A stretch of 58,703 bases of DNA, the filler included, from Streblomastix strix (taxonomy: Eukaryota): assembly GCA_008636045.1 (NCBI GenBank). It is 2 parts of 2 records of this genome, joined end to end, with 100 filler letters (N's around TTAATTAATTAA, not from the genome) between each part and the next. Parts side by side here need not be neighbours in the genome. Positions count along the whole stretch, not along the records: positions 29,445 to 58,703 come from SNRW01000104.1; 1 more part is not named here. The stretch is one strand, 5' to 3'. The notes beneath the pieces are model-generated. The model made no database searches and had not been told where the DNA came from. It saw only the letters and a list, made by a program, of their open reading frames with translations. Positions within the stretch are counted from its first letter, which is position 1. Each line of letters opens with the position of its first letter. Below are positions 52,235 to 58,703 of this stretch, piece by piece. The position numbers and the translations under genes were made by a program.

Positions 52235-53845
52235 TCAAGTTGAAATTTTTGTCACATTATTCAATTTTTCTATCGCTAATTCAGCATCAATCCTAATCCC
52301 ATCATCCTGATCTTCTGAATGAAACAAATTAGAATCAACTTCTTCAACTCCTCCAAATTCTTCGCAATTTTCATTAATTTCTTTTGCGAGTTTGGGCATC
52401 GATTGGCGCCAACTGTAATCAAGACAAAGTTATCCAATGATTGAACTAAAACTTCTCAGTGAAATTTTGATTATTTTGTTGTTTTCTTCTTCAGATCCAC
52501 CTGCTGTACTAAATCCTTCAATAATAACTTGAATGATTTTTAGATTTTAGATTAATTATTTTAGTTCTTTTTAATCTCCTTAGAAACTTATTGCATTCAG
52601 ACATTGAATACTTAATTTTCTTATATATACGGCTTCTTTCAACTATTTCTAATCAAATGGAACCTTTCTCCCGAATTATGTAAGTTTGACAACTGATGTT
52701 TCAAAATTTGTTGCAGATTGAGATTATTGTAATATTTGATGATTAATTGAAAGAGTGAAGTTAAATAATGAAATTATTTCAATGATTACTTGTTGAGTTG
52801 ATGTGAAATGTGAATAATATTCTTAAATAGAAGAATGAGGATTAATTTTAATCAAATCATATTTATATGTTAAATTGATGTTTGCAAAATTGATAATATT
52901 ACTAATTAGATATTATTAAAAGAATTCGTTCTAAGATAAATATTATCTACATTTTCCATCCCATCCTAGAATACTTAGTGTGCTAATTATTGAACATTCA
53001 ATTTACTTATATAACGTATAATCTTTCAGTGAAAAATTATATATATTATTAACTTATGAAAAGCATTATAATTGCAGAATATTAACAAGTTAATCATATA
53101 TCATGGGCTGCTTTGTGAAAAATTGTCGGTTATATATATCTTCGACAAGTCCTTTAAGTGCAAGTAGAAATCTGTTTTCATCATTCAACTTATTTTCAAT
53201 ATTTAATTTACTATTTTATGATTATTCAAATACTTATTTTTCTTATTTATATTAAAAGTTTAATAGTCCTCGCAAAAATGTTATCTGATAAATATATATT
53301 TCACCACAAATTTATTATATGTTTATTTCAAGTTATTTTCTTTTGTTAATGAAGGATATAGTTAGAACCAAGTCATTGATGAATTATGAATAAAATTCGC
53401 CTGGTTTTATATCTTATTTTTCGTATTCAACATTTTCCATCAATATTTATTCTACTTTAAGAGCCAATCCAGATTGTATGAATAAAATTAAGAAGACATT
53501 CTTATTAAACCATCCTGCATAATATGCTCCTTGTTCAGCAATTGTTTCAACAATTCTAAGAATTTATTTCTCAAATGCTGAATTACCTTCTTTAATCAAT
53601 TTATTCAATTATTCGCAGATTTCAATATTGATAAAACTCTGTAATTCTGTGCTGTCGCAAACTAAAATTAGATTATTAATTTGTTCCGCTAGGTTAATTT
53701 TCTCGTTTTCGGTTGAAGAATTAGAAATTTTCTTCAGTAATTTCATTACATCATTATTTTCAATCTGAATTGTATTTATTTCTTAGGTTTTGTTTTCAAA
53801 TGCTTCATTATCAACAGATTTTGATGTGAATTTGGCTATAGACAT
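52235..53845 (-). CDS. Intact intronless STAGG/EEEG helical (ARM-like) family protein, 536 aa
   Basis: Uninterrupted ATG (53845) to TGA (52235-52237) with TAR=Gln; GFSTAGGSEEEN...CEEFGGVEEVDSNLF. Confidence 0.9.
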
Positions 53846-54245
53846 ATCTATTGTAATAATAAAAGGATTTTAAACAAAATATAGAGAAAAATTATAAATT
53901 ATAAAGTAGAAATTTAACTAATAAAAATATTTCTTATTTTTAATAATATGAAGAAAAATTTATATTATTTTCATTAAAAAGAATTGTAATAATTAATATT
54001 TAGAATGTGAATAATGTTAAATTTAGTTTTTCGGAAAAATTATTAATTACATCTAAAGATGGTTAAATTATCAAGTTAAAGAATAAAAAATGAATTATAT
54101 AAAAATTAGCAAATAATTTTCTTAACATTTATTAATAATTATATTCCGAAGCTTCAAATTTTCATCAACTAAAGAATTTATTATAAATATTAAAATTAGG
54201 TTCAAATAGTTTGAAAAAAAACATGATAATATTACATTAATTTAG

Positions 54246-54381
54246 GGGTGTTATATGGTGCCCGTGGTTCCACGAGAAATTATCCGAAGATGACATCACA
54301 AGCATAGATTGGCACCACCAATTAAATTTGTTGGTTTATTATGTTGGAAAACATTAAAATTTATTTTATTTGCATTTGTAG
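54246..54381 (+). pseudogene. Possible WD40-like exon
   Basis: Between tttag and gtaaac; reads VIWCPWFHEKLSEDDITSIDWHHQLNLLVYYVG. Confidence 0.3.
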
Positions 54382-55383
54382 GTAAACTAGAAAATTAAAA
54401 GATATTGTATAAAAATATTAAAAATATTAATGGAATTTCAATTAAATTTAATAATTTTAATATTAATATATTAAATTTAGAGCAAATTAGTCGCATTTTT
54501 ATGACGAGCGATCTACCGGCGTAAAACAATTATAATTTCATTTCATTTTGTTCAAAAATAAATAAATGATTGATTGCAATTACTGAATTGCATTACTACA
54601 GAATTTGGTACTATGTTGATTGAACAGCATTAAAAATTAAATTCTACGATTTTACAGAAAAAAATTATATGAAACTAAGGTTTGAGTTCTAATTGGTTTT
54701 ATTTTTCTACAAAATTTAATACAAATACATATACACTAATATATACGTAGTTCTGAACGAACAAATGAATCCTATTGGTTGATCTGGAGCTCTTTTTTTT
54801 TAACTAATGATGAATATAAGTGTAATTAGAACTGAAAATTAAAGCAAATTTTGGAATAAATCAATGTCTAAAAGCTTAGTAAGAGCAAAAATTGGCAGAG
54901 AAATATTTTATCAAGAATTCTGCTCTCAGTTCAAATTTAACTCAAATTTAACATTATCTTGAGTGCACATATTATATTCATTTACATATAGTTTTCAAAT
55001 AACTATTCAAATGGCTTTTAGGGAAATAAGTTCAATTAAATAAAAACGCGAAAACTACTCTAATATATATTAAAACTGCCTTCCAAACATTTGATTATAA
55101 ACAAGTCTTAAATTATTCATTTTTTTAAAACTTCAAAAATGTCAGTTATCTACTATTAAACTTAGAAAACGTAAATTAAATTCTTCGTCTATTTCTGACA
55201 AAAACAAAACAAAAATTATATAATTTCTTTTATTTGAATGATAAAGTTATATAATACATTTTCCCCGATGATTTTTGCTAACGTACATTAATATTTCATT
55301 TTTTTTATCTACTTAAAGCTCTCTTTTCTAAAATAATATTTTTTCGTTGATTAAAACTATTTTTTCTCTTTTATATTTCAGTG

Positions 55384-57275
55384 ATGGAGGTTATTTTTGA
55401 GTTTCCTGCTCGAGCTAATGGATATAAATTGCTTTATGAGATAGGCCAAGGATCATCTGCCAAAGTCTGGCGTTCGCAATGCATATCACTGAATTAAGAT
55501 GTTGCCATAAAAATCATCGACATTGAAAAAGTAGTTGGGACCTTCGACACAGTTCTTGTATATCATAATATTATTAATAAATTCAATTATTGCCTATTAT
55601 TTATATTCATTCAATATCATAGAAAGAAATTGGAGTTCTCTTGTCATCGAAACACAAAAACATCTCGAATATCCTGATTTCATTTGTTAATTAGAGCGAA
55701 CTCTGGGTTGTAATGCCACTATTTGTTGGTATTCATACTTATATACTATATGATATTCCATCAATTAATTAATATTAACAATTAAATATTTTGTTAATTA
55801 TTATATTCAATAAATAATTACTTACTTTATAATAACTGAGAAATGTAAAGATTCGTGCCTCGCCATCATTCGAGTTGTCTTCAAGCATGGTTTCAATGAA
55901 GATGTAATAGCAGTGATCCTCAGAAGCACAGTTGGTGGAGTTGAATAGATGCAGAAGTAAGGTGAAATGGATGGTGATGTAAAAGCTTTAAATTTATTGA
56001 TGAGGGCTTTTGGGACAATCGCTCTTTCTGATTTTGGAGTGAGTGGTCTTCTTATTGAGAATGGAGAAGGCAAATAAGAGAGGAGGACTTTTGTAGGGAC
56101 ACCTTGCTGGTATTAATTAAGATATACTTATATAATGTAATACTTATAAAAATATAAATATTTGTTATAAAAATGTTTAATTTATTATTGTTATTTATAT
56201 AATTACTATATTATCAAATTCGCATCTCTTTACATCCAGGATGGCAACCGAGCTCATCGACATCAATTTGGGTTACGACAGCAAAATCGACATTTGGGCC
56301 ATCGGAATAACAGGTATTGAATTAGGGAATGGAAAAGCACGACTATCTGATCTGCGACGAATGAAAGTACTGACGATGATTCTGAAAGGACCTGGACCTA
56401 TGTTAAGTGATAATGAAGTAGATAATGAGAGTGATTCATCAGATTGGAGCTCAGATTCAGACTCGGAGTCAAACTCAGATGATGCAGCTCAGAAATAGAA
56501 GAAATAGAAAACTACTAAGAAATTGATTAGTTATTCGAAACCTTAACGGACTTCAGGATAGAATTTGATGAGTGAGTTGAATGATGTTGATAATGATGAC
56601 CCCGTAGCTGAAGATGGATAGAGCCTTACGTCTTGTTCCAAAGTGAGGGTGTAGAAGCACATCCAGTCGAAGCTGATCTCAAATTCGAAACCCTTTTCAA
56701 GCTCTTTCAAAGACTTCGTGTAACAATGCCTTCAAACTGATCCTAAGAAAAGACCATTGGCTTCCAAATTACTGGAGGATAAATTGGTTAGTGGTGCGAA
56801 AGGTGAAGAGATGTTATTAAAAGAGATTCTAAGGTTAATTGTTCCAGTTGAAGAAGTGATTCAGGTTCAACAACAGAAACTTCGGAAACTCAACAAAGCT
56901 ACGATCTGAACTATGAAGAAATCCCCACAGACAAATATCGATGTTACAACTTCGCAATAAAGACAAACTACACGACAGACACATGATGCAGTTATATAAG
57001 GTAGTAGTGAAGGAGCTTCATCCTAACAACAACAACAACCAGTTGAACAACAACAACAATAACCTGTTGAACAACAAATACATGAAGTCTCTGGATTTGA
57101 TGTTATCTGTGTTAAGATTGAAGGAGCTTAAAGATAAGATAAGTAAAGTAGTTGTGATGAGAAGAAAGAAGATTGTAAAAGTGAAGAGAATAAGAAAACA
57201 GTTGATGAAAAGGATGTTTGGGATTTGTAGATTGATGAGAACAAGAAGGAATAGGATTAGAATTAAGATTAATGA
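55384..57275 (+). pseudogene. STE20-family (OSR1/SPAK-like) Ser/Thr kinase with degraded catalytic loop; in-frame TGA at 56907
   Basis: IGQGSSAKV, VAIK, ELWVVMP, DGDVKALNLL (for HRDxKxxN), SDFGVS, TFVGTPCWMATE, DIWAIGIT, CLQTDPKKRP. Three introns; Q/E-rich tail to TGA 57273-57275. Confidence 0.85.
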
Positions 57276-57820
57276 AAGACGAATAATGAATTAGGAAATA
57301 TAAAAATGATGAAGATAATACATTTATTATATAGATATGATCGGTATGCTTCATATGATTATATGAGGTTGTATTGATTTTATACATATGGTTGAAAAGA
57401 GACAGGAAATGCAAATTATTATTTTGATAAAGTTTATAAATAGATAATAAACACAGTATATTAGAATATTATAATATGATTATTTATTTTTATTGGTTAA
57501 ATTTGTTTATTGATTCACTTATGATGAAAATATTAAGTTAATTTTCTACAATATTAATCAATTAACTTAATCAAGCGCTGTAATTCTTTTCAATAAAATA
57601 GTTTTAATTATTCACAATTAGAAAAAAAAATAGTCTTATTAATAATATTTTGTAGAGAATATGAGTGAGATATTATATTTATTAAGTGAGATTAAATTAA
57701 TGATCAAAATTAAGACAGATTGAATAGCAAACTCTAAAAATGACATATATTTGAAAGGTGTTTAACTCTTAATCTTTAAATAAATCTTAATAATTAATAT
57801 ATTCTTTTTCATTAGTTTAT

Positions 57821-58703
57821 TCATTCCCATTCTTTTCCCCATTAAAGTCCTTTCGATCCATAAACTCCTTATGAAGTGGATTTAATCAGTCTTTCGAATT
57901 TGATAACAGTAAAAGAAGAAGATTTATCGAATGTATAAACCTGATTGAATGAAATAGTGAATTAAAGAATGAGTATTGAATAACTCTTTTTATAAAATTA
58001 TTAATATTGTAAAAGATAATTAAATTTGTATATGCAAACGAACCCAGAATCTAACAGCTTCAGGTATGTCAATTACAAAGTTTGGCTATTCAATATCATC
58101 CACGAAAAATGTAGCTTTTCGTGGAACAGTTGTCATATCGACTTCAACAGCAATTCTTTATCCATCATAATATTTCTGATTTACTTTTGAATAGGTTAAA
58201 TGGACAAGTTTTCCGCTGATAATATAATATAAGTAAATGAGAATGAAATAAATTAATAAAAAGTAAGAGATTATGATCAATAAAAAATTTAAGTTAATTA
58301 TTAATATTTGAGAATGAAAATATTGTTATTAATAATAATAAATATATGATTCATACTCTGAGTAATATTTAACTGTCTTTTAATCATCTTTAAAATATGT
58401 ATAAGATGAAACGTTGAATATTAAATAATAAATTGATTATAAATTAAGAAATTCAAAAAAATAATATAATATAAATTAAATAAAATTAATAAAATTATTT
58501 ATTATATATCATTGCAAATAGTAATTAGTAAAAATTTTATATATATTAAATAAATACTTCCATCATCCCAAGGTCCTTTACCAGCAGCAAAAGAACAAGA
58601 TGCATCAGCAATACCAATCACTGTATTAAATATTAAATATATAGTGGATTGAATTAAAGAATAAAAATATTATAATTAATAATTCATTTTATTATTCACA
58701 TTC
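57821..58703 (-). CDS. 3' exons of a SPRY/B30.2-like gene starting beyond the window end
   Basis: IGIADASCSFAAGKGPWDDG; GQRIAVEVDMTTVPRKATFFVDDIEQPNFVIDIPEAVRFW; final exon ...LQWGKEWE* with TGA at 57821-57823. Confidence 0.8.

Noticed and set aside
54254..54316. tggtgcc..ggcacca stem as a structured ncRNA
   Set aside because: Better explained as a splice-site-bounded WD40-like exon; no snRNA or tRNA motifs.
157..57414. Most ORFs in the supplied track (e.g. 157-348, 4579-4875, 29078-29392, 42603-42932, 56941-57294)
   Set aside because: Computed with the standard code; they are antisense or off-frame shadows, or fragments, of TAR=Gln genes.

Overview
AT-rich eukaryotic genomic DNA with short GT-AG introns. 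TAA/TAG must be read as Gln and TGA is the normal stop, so the supplied standard-code ORF track is largely misleading. The code and gene families suggest an oxymonad such as Streblomastix, which is an inference. Host-type genes: a ubiquitin-like (UBL) domain spliced to a bacterial-type filamentous haemagglutinin/CdiA (two-partner secretion) body that runs off the left edge; a 3-RRM protein; a multi-UBL/PD-(D/E)xK/SIM-repeat gene; several copies of a helical 'STAGG...EEEG' family; SPRY-like genes; a metallophosphoesterase relic; and an STE20 (OSR1/SPAK-like) kinase with a degraded catalytic loop. Roughly half the window is decayed mobile DNA: two Polinton-like elements (pPolB, HNH, integrase, penton-like ORF), a fibre-like gene cluster and two DIRS retrotransposons. 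The best candidate for a new system is the intron-containing, recoded UBL-TpsA/CdiA fusion, together with a second UBL-headed nuclease-fold gene. All translations were done by eye and boundaries of decayed features are approximate.
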